A DNA stretch of 64,000 nucleotides from positions 24,639-88,638 of the forward strand of contig CAZISF010000001.1 of assembly GCA_964541915.1 (NCBI GenBank). The letters run 5' to 3'. Below, piece by piece: positions 21,665-31,046 of the stretch. Position numbers and translations under genes: made by a program. The notes beneath the pieces are model-generated. The model searched no databases. It saw nothing but the letters and a program-made list of their open reading frames with translations, and was not told the origin of the DNA. The stretch is from an uncultured Caulobacter sp. (GTDB lineage Bacteria; Pseudomonadota; Alphaproteobacteria; Caulobacterales; Caulobacteraceae). Each line of letters starts with the position of its first letter. Positions within the stretch are counted from its first letter, which is position 1.

Positions 21665-22456
21665 TTAAACTCCATTAACCTGAGACGGATCCTCGCGATA
21701 CCGCCGGAACAGGAAGTCACCCTGGACCGCCTTACCTGAGCCGTCTCGATAGATGCCGAGAATGTCTTCGAAAACAAAGCCGCGCTCTGCCAGCCAGATG
21801 ATGATCTCCCCGGCGAGTTTCTGACCCAGATAGAGCTCCCGAAATGAACACTCGGCGTAGACGATGTCAAACTTCGGCAGGAGCGTTTCGCAACCGTTCA
21901 AGGCTTCGTATTCAAACCCCTGAACGTCCAGCTTTAACAACGCCGGACTCTGGATGTCGCTTTCCGTCAGGATCGTGTCGAGTCGGCGGACGGCGACTTC
22001 CTCCTCGCCGACCTCTCGAGTCTTGGGAAAGAGAGCGGTCTGACCCTCGCCGATGGGAAGGAGCGAGGAGCTGTGGTCCAGGCCGGCGACATGCATCGAT
22101 GCCGCAGTGTCTTCCGGGCCGACGGCGAAGGGATGCAGGTGAACCTTGGGGGCATTGCCGAGCACACGGTCGAATATCCCCCTCGGTCCCGCCAGCGGTT
22201 CGAACGAATGAATCGTGGCATTGGGCTGGATATCCAGCGCGGCGAGCGCGAACTGGCCTTTGTTTGCGCCAATGTCGACAATGGTGTTCCAGGGTCGGGC
22301 GCCCAAGACGTACTCATGGCCGATCGCCAACCCCACCCCGGCCCTCAAGGCGTTGCGGTTACGGCTCTTGGCCAGTCCACGAATTACTTTTGTAACCGCC
22401 GTCTTGATTGACATTACCTTCTCATATGCAATGGCGAGATTTAATTTTTTGTCCAC
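21665..22456 (-). CDS. FkbM-family methyltransferase
   Basis: NTIVDIGANKGQFALAAL...IHSFEPL...HLHPFAVG is the TIGR01444-type pattern. GTG start overlaps the upstream (minus-strand) GT stop by 16 nt. Confidence 0.75.
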   Translation of the reverse strand: MDKKLNLAIAYEKVMSIKTAVTKVIRGLAKSRNRNALRAGVGLAIGHEYVLGARPWNTIVDIGANKGQFALAALDIQPNATIHSFEPLAGPRGIFDRVLGNAPKVHLHPFAVGPEDTAASMHVAGLDHSSSLLPIGEGQTALFPKTREVGEEEVAVRRLDTILTESDIQSPALLKLDVQGFEYEALNGCETLLPKFDIVYAECSFRELYLGQKLAGEIIIWLAERGFVFEDILGIYRDGSGKAVQGDFLFRRYREDPSQVNGV

Positions 22457-23379
22457 AGGCCAAGCGTGCGCAGCGCCGCGACGATGCGTCGATTGCGATA
22501 CGCGCCGGAGGCGCGCAATCCCCGATGAAAGCGCCGCTCATCCTCAGGGTCGAGCTTTGGTTCCGGGAAATCAGGCAGGCCCGGTCCATTCCACGACAGC
22601 GCAGTGGGCGGCGCGGCAAACCGTTTCAGGCGGCCGATGCTGGAGTGGGTGCCCGTTTCGTCAAACCCGATATTGGCAATCAAGGAGCGCGGCGGGTAGA
22701 GGACCAGCCCGCCTTCCCGGAATACCGTCCAGGCCCAGCGGATCGCCCAGCTGTCGATCTTGCCGTTGATCTGTAGCATCAACATCTCCGACAGGGGGTA
22801 GGACCCGTTCATGTCGAAGGCCCGGCGTAGCGCCTTATCGTGCTGAAGGCCCTCCCAGCCAGTGGCGGCGGGATCGAACTGATCCCAGGCCCGCTTCCAT
22901 GTGGCCCACCCCCAAGAGACCGCTTGCCGGCCAAACAGCGCCTGCCGCCGTTTGCGGAGCAGGGGATTCCACCATTGATAGGCGGAAATCTGAAAGACCT
23001 CGGCGTTGTCGGCATATTGTTGCAGGCCGGCGTTAAGCCAGGTCAGTCCTTGGGGCGCGAGCAGAAGATCATCCTCAAGCACGATGACGCGACCATGCTC
23101 GTCACACAGACGGGTGACGCCAGCGATGATCGACGCCGCCAACCCCTTATTTTGCGACGCCTCGACAATGGTCATGTTCTCGCCAGCGCGTCTTCGGAGC
23201 AGTTGGCGAACCGCAGCGACGTCGGCCGCGACCGCCTCATTCTTCGGACCGTCGGAGAAGACGTACAGGCGCGATTGCTTGAATTCGGGGCAAGCCTCCA
23301 AGGCGTCGAGGGTTTGGGAAAGGTGGTCGGTGCGCCGGTAAGCGAACAACGCAATCGGCGCATAGTCCTGGAATTTCAT
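22441..23379 (-). CDS. GT-A-fold glycosyltransferase (GnT-I/GT2-like, EDD motif)
   Basis: IALFAYRRTDHLSQTLDAL...LYVFSDGPK...NKGLAASIIAGV...VIVLEDDLLLAP is an N-terminal Rossmann-like GT-A pattern with an acidic DxD-type motif. The family assignment is tentative. Confidence 0.5.
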   Translation of the reverse strand: MKFQDYAPIALFAYRRTDHLSQTLDALEACPEFKQSRLYVFSDGPKNEAVAADVAAVRQLLRRRAGENMTIVEASQNKGLAASIIAGVTRLCDEHGRVIVLEDDLLLAPQGLTWLNAGLQQYADNAEVFQISAYQWWNPLLRKRRQALFGRQAVSWGWATWKRAWDQFDPAATGWEGLQHDKALRRAFDMNGSYPLSEMLMLQINGKIDSWAIRWAWTVFREGGLVLYPPRSLIANIGFDETGTHSSIGRLKRFAAPPTALSWNGPGLPDFPEPKLDPEDERRFHRGLRASGAYRNRRIVAALRTLGLWTKN

Positions 23380-23474
23380 GCCGCCCGTTCCCCCAACTCG
23401 AGCGGTGTATACCGCCCGCCCGCACCAACAGGCAACTTGCTACCACGCATAGATTTGCTGCGGGTATTCTCCCA

Positions 23475-23810
23475 TCAGCCTACATAATATCCAGCGGCGC
23501 CGAAGTAGTTCGGCGCATCCGTTGGGTGTGAAGGTGTCGATGGCCTTGGCAATGGCTTTCCAGAGATGGTCTTTGGTGCGGGCGGTGGCCGTGCGTAGCG
23601 GGGCCTAGAGCCCGACGAAGCGTTCTCGATGGGGTTGAGGTCGGGGCCGTAGAACTGCAGGAAGAGAAGTCTGCCGCCGACGGCCTCGATGGCGCGGCGG
23701 GCGGCGGCGTTCTTGCGGGCGGCCAGCCCGTCGGGAACGACGATGTCGCCGGGCCGCAGGATCGGGATCAACGCCTGCCCTACATAGACCAAGAGCCAGT
23801 CGTTGGTCAT
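23475..23810 (-). pseudogene. IS630-family transposase, 3'-terminal relic (5'-truncated, frameshifted)
   Basis: LRPGDIVVPDGLAARKNAAARRAIEAVGGRLLFLQFYGPDLNPIEN...NYFGAAGY corresponds to the DDE C-terminal third of IS630 transposases (DNLsaHK...LPPYSPDfNPIE...NYF..aGY). The catalytic-region residues are mutated and the frame is broken. Confidence 0.7.
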
Positions 23811-23921
23811 CGGGCCATCATCAACGATCCTGACCGATCAGATACCGTAAAGCACGGGTCGGGCGTCAAAAGAGTTGGCATTGCGCCGCCCGCTGCCGCA
23901 ACTCTACAGCATTTCAGCGTC

Positions 23922-25184
23922 CTACTTTTGTTCCGTCGCGCGCACATCGGACCGCTTCGCATCCGTGATCGCGAGGGCTGCGCCAATGCCACTCACCGTG
24001 AGTCCGATGGAGAGTCCGATGGTCAGCAGGATTTCCACCTGTGATTCGGGAAACACGTATGCGGCGAGAGCAGTCGAGGCGCTGGCCACATAAGAGCTGC
24101 CGGCCGCGATGGCCGGCCGCGATGTGACCTGGCAGAAATAGCTTAGTACCGCCAAACTGAGCCATAGCGCGCATATCCGTCCCCACAGGACGGCCAGGGC
24201 GACCGGTACGTGCACGACGCCAAGCCAGAGATCGATAACGGCCGGAGCGAGGAGCCAGTAGACAACGCCCCCGACCAGACAGAGCCCCACAAGACTCCCC
24301 AATAGGGCCAGCGCATAGCGCTGGAAGCGCGCCGGGTCGTTGTATCGATAGCGTAGAATGATCGGCGTCAGCGGCAGCAGGGCGAAGTAGCAAAGGGTGA
24401 GACCGCTTGTAAAAAGTCGGAGGCAAGCCAGCGATGTCTGATCAATGGCCGGGAAGCCTTTCAGTACGTGACCCGCCAGCGGCATGTTGAGCATTAGCGC
24501 CGTACCCATTGACAGGAGCAGCAGCGGCACGGACTGGCGAACCGCCATGGCTATGTCGAACGGTCGGCGCGGTGCGATCAACTGGCGGAAGTCAGCACGC
24601 CGTATCAAGGAGGAGAAGGAGAGGATGTTGGCAATGGATGGTGGTCCGAACACCGCGACGAAGGCGAGCCAGACGATCGGAGGGTGTCCCGCTAGGGCTG
24701 CGATCAACAGCACTGCGCAGCCGAGATAGGAGGCTGCCTGAAAGACGTTGCTCCTGAATATCTCGCCAATCGCCACTCTCACCTGGTCGGCGACCTGGCC
24801 AACCAAAGCAATGATCGCGATCAGCAACAACGGGACGAAAACCCACGGGACCAGCCCCCTGAGGAATGCAATCGTCAGGGCCACCGAGCCCAGGGCGGCA
24901 GCGCATAGGATCAGCAGAAAACCACCCCGGATATCCGCAGCGGGCTTCAACAACGGCTCGCGCGCCCAAGCATGGGCTACACTCCGCATGATGAAGGAGC
25001 CAAGACCGAGTTGCAGCAGACCTATCATGATCAGAGCGTTCTGGGCCGCCAACAGCAGGTAGGCGTCGTCCGCGGAAAGGCGGCGAGACGCGAGGCCGAT
25101 ACCGATCAGGCTGAAGGGCACCGAGATCATCTTGACCACGGCCTGGCTGCCGACGTTAAGGAGGTCCTTATACAGGCGCGACAC
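23922..25184 (-). CDS. Wzx-like oligosaccharide flippase (MOP-superfamily polytopic membrane protein)
   Basis: 420 aa with about 12 hydrophobic segments, sitting in a glycan locus that otherwise lacks a flippase. The call rests on topology and context. Confidence 0.5.
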   Translation of the reverse strand: MSRLYKDLLNVGSQAVVKMISVPFSLIGIGLASRRLSADDAYLLLAAQNALIMIGLLQLGLGSFIMRSVAHAWAREPLLKPAADIRGGFLLILCAAALGSVALTIAFLRGLVPWVFVPLLLIAIIALVGQVADQVRVAIGEIFRSNVFQAASYLGCAVLLIAALAGHPPIVWLAFVAVFGPPSIANILSFSSLIRRADFRQLIAPRRPFDIAMAVRQSVPLLLLSMGTALMLNMPLAGHVLKGFPAIDQTSLACLRLFTSGLTLCYFALLPLTPIILRYRYNDPARFQRYALALLGSLVGLCLVGGVVYWLLAPAVIDLWLGVVHVPVALAVLWGRICALWLSLAVLSYFCQVTSRPAIAAGSSYVASASTALAAYVFPESQVEILLTIGLSIGLTVSGIGAALAITDAKRSDVRATEQK

Positions 25185-25221
25185 GGCGGCTAGCCGAATG
25201 ACCGGAATAGGGCGGGTGGCC

Positions 25222-25905
25222 TCATCGGGCGGGCCTGCGGGCCTCTATCCCCAGTTCACGGACATTGAGCTGCTCGTCGCGGAACCGGTTGGCGCGCTCC
25301 ACCGCAGCGAAGGCCGGGTCTTCACTATCGCCCAAATCACAGCGCCGGATATCCACGAATCCTGCCCCCGCCAAAGCCGCCTTCATCGATGCTTCATCCC
25401 ACATCCAGAGGTGGTCGGAATTGCCGATCAGCGCCCGCAGATAGCCGAGCGGAGAGGAAACCCGCGCCTCTCGTCCCAACAGGGTTTCCCTGAGGAAGCG
25501 CAATGAGGCGTCGGGCTGGCCGGCGTCGCGGGCGGCCACGTAGCGATCTACCCGGACAGCAAGATCGGGGACAATCAAGCGAAAGACACCGCCCGGCTTC
25601 AGCAACCGATAGCTGTTGCGGAGCGCGACGAGGCAGGCGTTATAGCTGAGGTGCTCCAACACATGGCTGGCATAGACCGCCTTGGCCGAACCGTCGGCGA
25701 GAGGCAGGCCGCGGGTTATATCCCCGAACCGGGTCGTCGCCGGAAACGGTTCGGGATTCATGCGGATCATACCGCCAATAAAAGGGATTCGTTCCAGCCA
25801 CAGCGATGGGGAAGAATCGAAACTCAGCCAGTCTGGCGCGGAATGCCAACCCGCTCCATATTGTACATTCAGATTCTCGGACATAGCTGCTTTCTCTGAA
25901 TTCAT
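25222..25905 (-). CDS. Class I SAM-dependent methyltransferase (Methyltransf_11-like)
   Basis: VYASHVLEHLSYNACLVALRNSYRLLKPGGVFRLIVPDL. Start at MNSEK (25905), or alternatively MSENL (25884). The ORF extension to 25953 is unlikely to be real. Confidence 0.7.
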   Translation of the reverse strand: MNSEKAAMSENLNVQYGAGWHSAPDWLSFDSSPSLWLERIPFIGGMIRMNPEPFPATTRFGDITRGLPLADGSAKAVYASHVLEHLSYNACLVALRNSYRLLKPGGVFRLIVPDLAVRVDRYVAARDAGQPDASLRFLRETLLGREARVSSPLGYLRALIGNSDHLWMWDEASMKAALAGAGFVDIRRCDLGDSEDPAFAAVERANRFRDEQLNVRELGIEARRPAR

Positions 25906-26000
25906 ACGGCCACTTGGCCGCAGCCGCGGAGGAGGAAGGAGGCCAGTCCTCAATAGCAGCAGTCAGCACGACTTCAAGACGGGACAGGATATGGTTGCGA

Positions 26001-26076
26001 TCGGGTCCCAGGTGGTGTGGACAAAGTGGATTCCCAAATCGGCTGATCGCTGATTCAAGGCTGCTCCTTGGGGGGA
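26001..26076. repeat. 76-bp IS left-end sequence, copy 2 (solo end, inverted relative to 21504-21579)
   Basis: Starts with the IR GGTGGTGTGGACAAAGTGG and continues identically through the 5' UTR up to CCTTGG. Similarity to the 20738-21579 element stops there. Confidence 0.85.
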
Positions 26077-26640
26077 GCGGCCTTGGCAAGCTGACGAGGA
26101 TATCGTCGCTCAAGCCGGGCACCGGTTCGCCGTCACGCAGTGCGACCGCTGGACGGCCCGCTCGACGTCTTGTTCTGGCATGATGGCTCAAGGCTGCACA
26201 TCGGACATGCCGTCGCGGTCCTAAATGTCGGCCGTACGGACCAAGGCGGACCGGCGGCCCGCCGGTGTCGGTCAGGATATGGTGCTTGCGGCCCTTGATC
26301 TTCTTGCCCGCGTCATAGCCGCGGGGCCGCTGCTCTCGGCGGTCTTCAGGCTCTGGCTGCCCCGACAGCAGCGCGCGCATCGGAGGTGGTCGTCCTGCCA
26401 TTGAAGCGGACCACGATATTGAGACCTTCGATGCGTGCAATCCGAACAGCTCCGCGCTATACTCGGTCCGCATCGGCGAGCACCTTCGGATCGGGTAAGC
26501 GTTTGTCGCAGAACTATTTTCCCAGACCTTGGCCCCCGGCGCACCAGGCTCGGTGAGATCTCTGGGCTAAGGTCGCCTAGAATGAACATCCGACAAATGG
26601 AGTTGGTCGCCTCTGAGCGAGGGCATCGACAAGGCATCAA
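26077..26640 (-). pseudogene. Degraded IS5-family DDE transposase remnant (different subgroup from the 20.7-kb element)
   Basis: Minus-strand pieces lie in shifting frames: GSQSLKTAESSGP / RGYDAGKKIKGRKHHILTDTGG / LVRTADI*DRDG. There is a TAG where the conserved ADIQDRDG motif has Q, and no recognisable C-terminal third. Confidence 0.6.
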
Positions 26641-26779
26641 ATTGTCGCCATGAACTCCCGCGCCTGATCCGTAGCGGGAGTGTCTTTTGAGCCTGAGAAC
26701 TTTTGTGTCACTCGTCGTTCGCAGGGCGCTTGTGCGCTGGGATCAGCCTGTTCGGGGGCCCGACCGCTCGCGCGGATCC

Positions 26780-28114
26780 ATGGTCTATATTCAACTTTGC
26801 AGCGCCTACGCGCCCGCTTGGGCCTTCGGCGGAGTCGTGCGGACTCTTTATGGCTATGCCTGTTACCTGTCGTCCAAGTGCGAGACATGGGTGTTGGCCG
26901 GAGATTTGGACGAACGCCAGCAGAAGGCCGATCTCGCTTTCGACGCCGCGCAGCCCTATAGTATCCGCAGATATAGCATCGCAAGCCGCCGATTGGCGCG
27001 ACGTAACATTCATACTGTTAGCCTAGGTATGTTGTGGGGCCTGCTCATCCTGATGCGCCAATCCCCCGGCCCAATTGTTGTGCACGTAAGTGAGTTTCGG
27101 GGGCTGCCCAATCTCTATGCCCTGATTGCCAAATCCATTTTCGGACGAAGGATAAAGATCGTTCACTCCGCCTTTGGTGGACTGCACGAAAAACGCTCCA
27201 TGGTTCGACGCATATATGATGGGGTTTTTACTGGCCCATTCCTCAGAGCCATCGATCTGGCCTTGGCTGAGAACGCCCACGAAGCCGACGAATATCGCAA
27301 ACTGATGTCCATCTTCAGCGCGCACGCCAATCACCACCGGATCGCCATCCTGCCGTTGCAAGTCGAGGACATTTCTGCGCAGTCACAAAACTGGTTCGAA
27401 AACGGCTCCAAGTCACAAGCTACGCAGCGCGCCACGCGTCGGCGCCTCGGCTTACGAGAGGACGCACTTATTTTTTGTTTTCTCGGTCGATTCCATCCAC
27501 AAAAGGGGATCTTGAGGACAATCGACTTATTTTGCTCCTACAAGGCTCGGGCCCACGACGATAACGTCGAGTTGCTAATTATCGGTCGCGACGAAGGTTT
27601 CGAGGGTCAAATCCGTCGTCACGCCTCCGAGAGTGCCTTCCCTCAACATATCCGAATTATAACTGATATCTACGCAGAGCGGTTCGAATATTTCTATGCT
27701 TCCGACGTATTTATTGGTGTTCCAACCATGATTGAGGAAACCATGCTTTCTTCGTTGGAAGCCTTAAGTTGCGGGACGCCAGTTCTCTTGTCACGGGAAG
27801 CTGATGCGCCCTATGTGGAAGAAGACGGCGCCGGCCGCATCATAGAGTTCGAGCTCGATGAAGCGGTTGAAGCTCTCGAAGGGATTGTCAACCGGCATGC
27901 TATCTTCGCCGCCCAGGCACTACTCACAGCAGAAAAATTCAGCAGCATGCGTGTGCTCTCCGGCCTCGAAACGGCGCTGACCGCTGTTGCTGAGGGAAGG
28001 CCGTTTCCGCCGGCCGGGACCGAGTCCAGCCGGTCGGTTGATCCAGATTCTGCAAAGGGCTCGCCTGCCTGTGGAGCGTCAACAGGTCGTCCTGATCCTG
28101 TTGGAGTCGGCTGA
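26780..28114 (+). CDS. GT4-family (GT-B) glycosyltransferase
   Basis: Start at MVYIQLCSAYAPAWAFGGV (typical GT4 N-terminus). C-terminal half has ELLIIGRDEG...FIGVPTMIEETMLSSLEALSCGTPVLLS. The body is AT-richer. The last ~14 codons run into the antisense of an IS481 relic. Confidence 0.75.
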   Translation: MVYIQLCSAYAPAWAFGGVVRTLYGYACYLSSKCETWVLAGDLDERQQKADLAFDAAQPYSIRRYSIASRRLARRNIHTVSLGMLWGLLILMRQSPGPIVVHVSEFRGLPNLYALIAKSIFGRRIKIVHSAFGGLHEKRSMVRRIYDGVFTGPFLRAIDLALAENAHEADEYRKLMSIFSAHANHHRIAILPLQVEDISAQSQNWFENGSKSQATQRATRRRLGLREDALIFCFLGRFHPQKGILRTIDLFCSYKARAHDDNVELLIIGRDEGFEGQIRRHASESAFPQHIRIITDIYAERFEYFYASDVFIGVPTMIEETMLSSLEALSCGTPVLLSREADAPYVEEDGAGRIIEFELDEAVEALEGIVNRHAIFAAQALLTAEKFSSMRVLSGLETALTAVAEGRPFPPAGTESSRSVDPDSAKGSPACGASTGRPDPVGVG

Positions 28115-28418
28115 TGGGGGGTTGTGATTCTATTCCGCCGTGTGGTCGATGCCGGTTGTATCGATGCAACCAGAAGGGAAGCTCCTGGGCGCGTCGGTCC
28201 GAGGACGGGTAGGCTTGGGCGTAAGCCCATTCCGGCAGGGTGGTCTGGATGAAACGTTCGGCCTTGCCATTGGTCTTGGGCGTGTAGGGCTTTGTGCGGA
28301 TGTATTTGAGGCCCAGCTCGGCGCAGGCCTTGCGGAAGTCGTGGGCTTTGTAGCGGGCGCCGTTGTCGGTCATGACGCGGCTGACGGTGACCCCCAGGCT
28401 CTTGCAGTAGGCGGCGGT
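28071..28418 (-). pseudogene. IS481-family transposase, C-terminal (rve integrase core) relic
   Basis: AAYCKSLGVTVSRVMTDNGARYKAHDFRKACAELGLKYIRTKPYTPKTNGKAERFIQTTLPEWAY...HRYNRHRPHGGIESQPPISRL is canonical for the IS481 C-terminus. The N-terminal two thirds are absent. Confidence 0.75.
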
Positions 28419-28419
28419 G

Positions 28420-28578
28420 GGACTGGAAGCGGAGCTGGTCTTCGACGCCAACAAGCCGGACGGGACGCCTCGAAAGCTTCTGGACGTCTCCCGCCGGGCC
28501 TCCCTAGGCTGGCGAGCGAAAACCTCCCTCACCGATGGCTTGAATTTGACCTACGCCAGTTTCCTGGCGAGCCGCTGA
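28420..28578 (+). pseudogene. Orphan 3' end of a second GDP-L-fucose synthase (fcl) gene
   Basis: In-frame reading gives ELVFDANKPDGTPRKLLDVSRRASLGWRAKTSLTDGLNLTYASFLASR*, the canonical Fcl C-terminus. It abuts the IS481 relic with no upstream coding continuation. Confidence 0.65.
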
Positions 28579-28738
28579 GTTCGCCCCACCGCACCGTTCA
28601 TGGCTTTCTGCTCCCGAACTGGCCGTCCAGAACCAAGTTGGTGCGCTGCAACAATAGGGGCTTGCCTGCCGGTCAGACGTGAGGTTTCTTGCCCGGCTAT
28701 TGGCTGTGGATTAAAATTTTCCTGCGCCGGGAGGGTGA

Positions 28739-30187
28739 ATGTCACTCAATTCAGAAAAGCGGGCCCCTGAGGCGCCGGAAGCCAAGCTGCCGCGACAATC
28801 GCCCACCCTCACGGTTGTGTCGGTCGCGAGCGCCGGCTCAACGCCTTCTCGATCGAGCAACTTTCATATATCGCCCTCCATGGCTGGTCAGTTGGCCACC
28901 TTGGCGATGGCCCTATGTTGGACTGCCGGGATCGGCATCATTTGGTTGACCCTTCAGGGCGGTTGGACGCCGGTCCTGGTTACGGGTCTTGGCGCGAGCA
29001 TTCTGATCGTTCTCAATCAGCGGGCGCGAGGCCAGCATCAATTCGAACGCGCGCCGAGTTTGGAAACCGTGCTTGAGTCGGCGGTCGTTGCCGCCTGCGT
29101 CGGCGGCGGGCTTTCCGCGTGGCTTGCCAAGACCGGAGGAGCGCCTTTGCCCTGGTGGACCGGAGCCCTGATTCTGACCGCTGTGGTGGCGGCTTCGTGG
29201 GGCGGCTTCTTGCTGGTCCGCTGGGGTCTTCTGCGGACGAATCTCGTCGTCAAGAATGTCGCCGTCGTCGGATTTTCCGCTGGGGAGCGGGACCGCATCG
29301 TGGACGAACTTGAGGCCACGCCGGGCCTTCATATTGTCGTCGCCGACTCGTCCGACATCGATCAGGTCGTCGCCCTTGCTGCAAACGGCGATCTGGACGA
29401 AGTCATCCTGGTTTCGCGCGAAAATCCGTCGCGATTTCAGTCAATTATTGAGGCGATGGAACTGTTCCCGGTGGACGTGTCCATGGTCCAGGAGATTGTG
29501 GCCGCCAATTTCGCGGGCCGCCAATGGAGCAACGGACGGGTTCGCCGGGGCGCGATCATCCTTCAACGTCATCGCCAAGGTGGATGGGCGGGTCTGGCCA
29601 AGCGTATTTTCGACATCGTCGGAGCCATTGTCGCGCTCGTCGTTCTGTCTCCCGTCCTGATCGCCCTGGCTCTGCTTATCCGGGCCGAGACGCCGGGACC
29701 GGCCATTTTCAAGCAGGTTCGATTTGGCTACGGCGGCAGACCATTTCTGATGTGGAAGTTTCGTTCGATGCGGAACGACATGGCCGACGCCACAGGCTCC
29801 CGCCTTACAGATCGCAACGATCCGCGCGTGACTCGGCTGGGTGCTTTTATCCGCGGGACAAGTCTCGACGAACTTCCCCAGCTGGTGAACATCCTAGCTG
29901 GAAGCATGTCCTTTGTGGGACCCCGCCCCCATCCCGCCGGCGCCAAGGCGAACGGCATCCTCTACGATGTCCTCATTCCAAACTTCAAGGCCCGGTACAG
30001 GGCGCGCCCGGGCCTGACCGGCCTGGCCCAATGCTCAGGCCTTCGCGGCAACACCGATACGGAAGACAAGCTGCTGCTGCGATTTGAAAAGGATATGGAA
30101 TACGTTGATCGTTGGTCATTGTCGCTCGATCTTCACGTGTTGGCCAAGACCGTGATCCACATGGCCCAGCCCGACAATGCCTTCTGA
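28739..30187 (+). CDS. Undecaprenyl-phosphate hexose-1-phosphate transferase (WbaP/PssY-type priming glycosyltransferase, Bac_transf)
   Basis: RBS GGGAGGG. N-terminal TM bundle. C-terminal domain has [57 protein letters not shown]...[33 protein letters not shown]. Confidence 0.88.
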   Translation: MSLNSEKRAPEAPEAKLPRQSPTLTVVSVASAGSTPSRSSNFHISPSMAGQLATLAMALCWTAGIGIIWLTLQGGWTPVLVTGLGASILIVLNQRARGQHQFERAPSLETVLESAVVAACVGGGLSAWLAKTGGAPLPWWTGALILTAVVAASWGGFLLVRWGLLRTNLVVKNVAVVGFSAGERDRIVDELEATPGLHIVVADSSDIDQVVALAANGDLDEVILVSRENPSRFQSIIEAMELFPVDVSMVQEIVAANFAGRQWSNGRVRRGAIILQRHRQGGWAGLAKRIFDIVGAIVALVVLSPVLIALALLIRAETPGPAIFKQVRFGYGGRPFLMWKFRSMRNDMADATGSRLTDRNDPRVTRLGAFIRGTSLDELPQLVNILAGSMSFVGPRPHPAGAKANGILYDVLIPNFKARYRARPGLTGLAQCSGLRGNTDTEDKLLLRFEKDMEYVDRWSLSLDLHVLAKTVIHMAQPDNAF

Positions 30188-31046
30188 CGCTCTTCGCGCA
30201 CCCTCGTCGTCAGTCGGATCTAGCTCAAGGTTTTCGAGACTGGTGATTGCGGGCGCCACGAGTTTCATCGGATCCCAGATTGTGCGCGAAGCCAATGCCC
30301 AGCAGGTGGTCGTCGTCACGGCGGGTCGTCAGACCAATCTTGATGACATTCTGCGCCCGGGCGACGTAGTCGTGAATTGCGCCCTGCACGACGACTACCG
30401 CAGGCAGCCATATAACAGCGAGACGGATCTCGACCTATTGGCGGCCCGAGCTGCCCATCGGAAGGGTGCCAGGATGGTGATGCTCAGCACGCGCCGTGTC
30501 TACCCGGCCTGTCTCAAGTGGGGCGCGAGGGAGACCGACGAGGCTGGGGGCGATGAGACGGCGTACGGCCAGAACAAAGCCAGGACGGAGGCTGCTGTCC
30601 AAAAACTGCTCGATGAGGATGTCTGTATTGTCCGGTTAAGCAACGTTTTTGGATTTGAGTATCGCCGTGAGAATCCTCGAAGGACCTTCCTCGGAATGAT
30701 GCTGACACGATTGAAATTGCATGGCGAAATTCTGTTCGATATGAAACCTGATACTCGTCGCGATTTCATCACGGTTGAATGTGCGGCGAGGGGATTGGTT
30801 AACGTCGCGCGGGGGCGGGCGTCAGGGGTCTATAATCTCGCGAGCGGGATCGGCATGCCCTGTGGCAGCCTTGCCAGAGCTGTCATTGAAGGGTATGGGG
30901 ACGGCGTGCTAACGGCTCCCGAAGAAGTAGACGACGAGTTCTATCTGAATATTTCGAAATGGGAAACGCAGTTCGGTTCAACAGACGACGCAAATGCACT
31001 GTTGATCTACGCAAATAGACTTGGAGATCAACTTCGCTATGCGTAA
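30177..31046 (+). CDS. NAD(P)-dependent sugar-nucleotide epimerase/reductase (SDR, RmlD-like size)
   Basis: LVIAGATSFIGSQIV Rossmann motif and a YGQNKARTE (YxxxK) catalytic pair. The start is uncertain: the ATG at 30177 overlaps the upstream stop, and an internal GTG near 30243 is possible. AT-richer. Confidence 0.5.
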   Translation: MPSDALRAPSSSVGSSSRFSRLVIAGATSFIGSQIVREANAQQVVVVTAGRQTNLDDILRPGDVVVNCALHDDYRRQPYNSETDLDLLAARAAHRKGARMVMLSTRRVYPACLKWGARETDEAGGDETAYGQNKARTEAAVQKLLDEDVCIVRLSNVFGFEYRRENPRRTFLGMMLTRLKLHGEILFDMKPDTRRDFITVECAARGLVNVARGRASGVYNLASGIGMPCGSLARAVIEGYGDGVLTAPEEVDDEFYLNISKWETQFGSTDDANALLIYANRLGDQLRYA

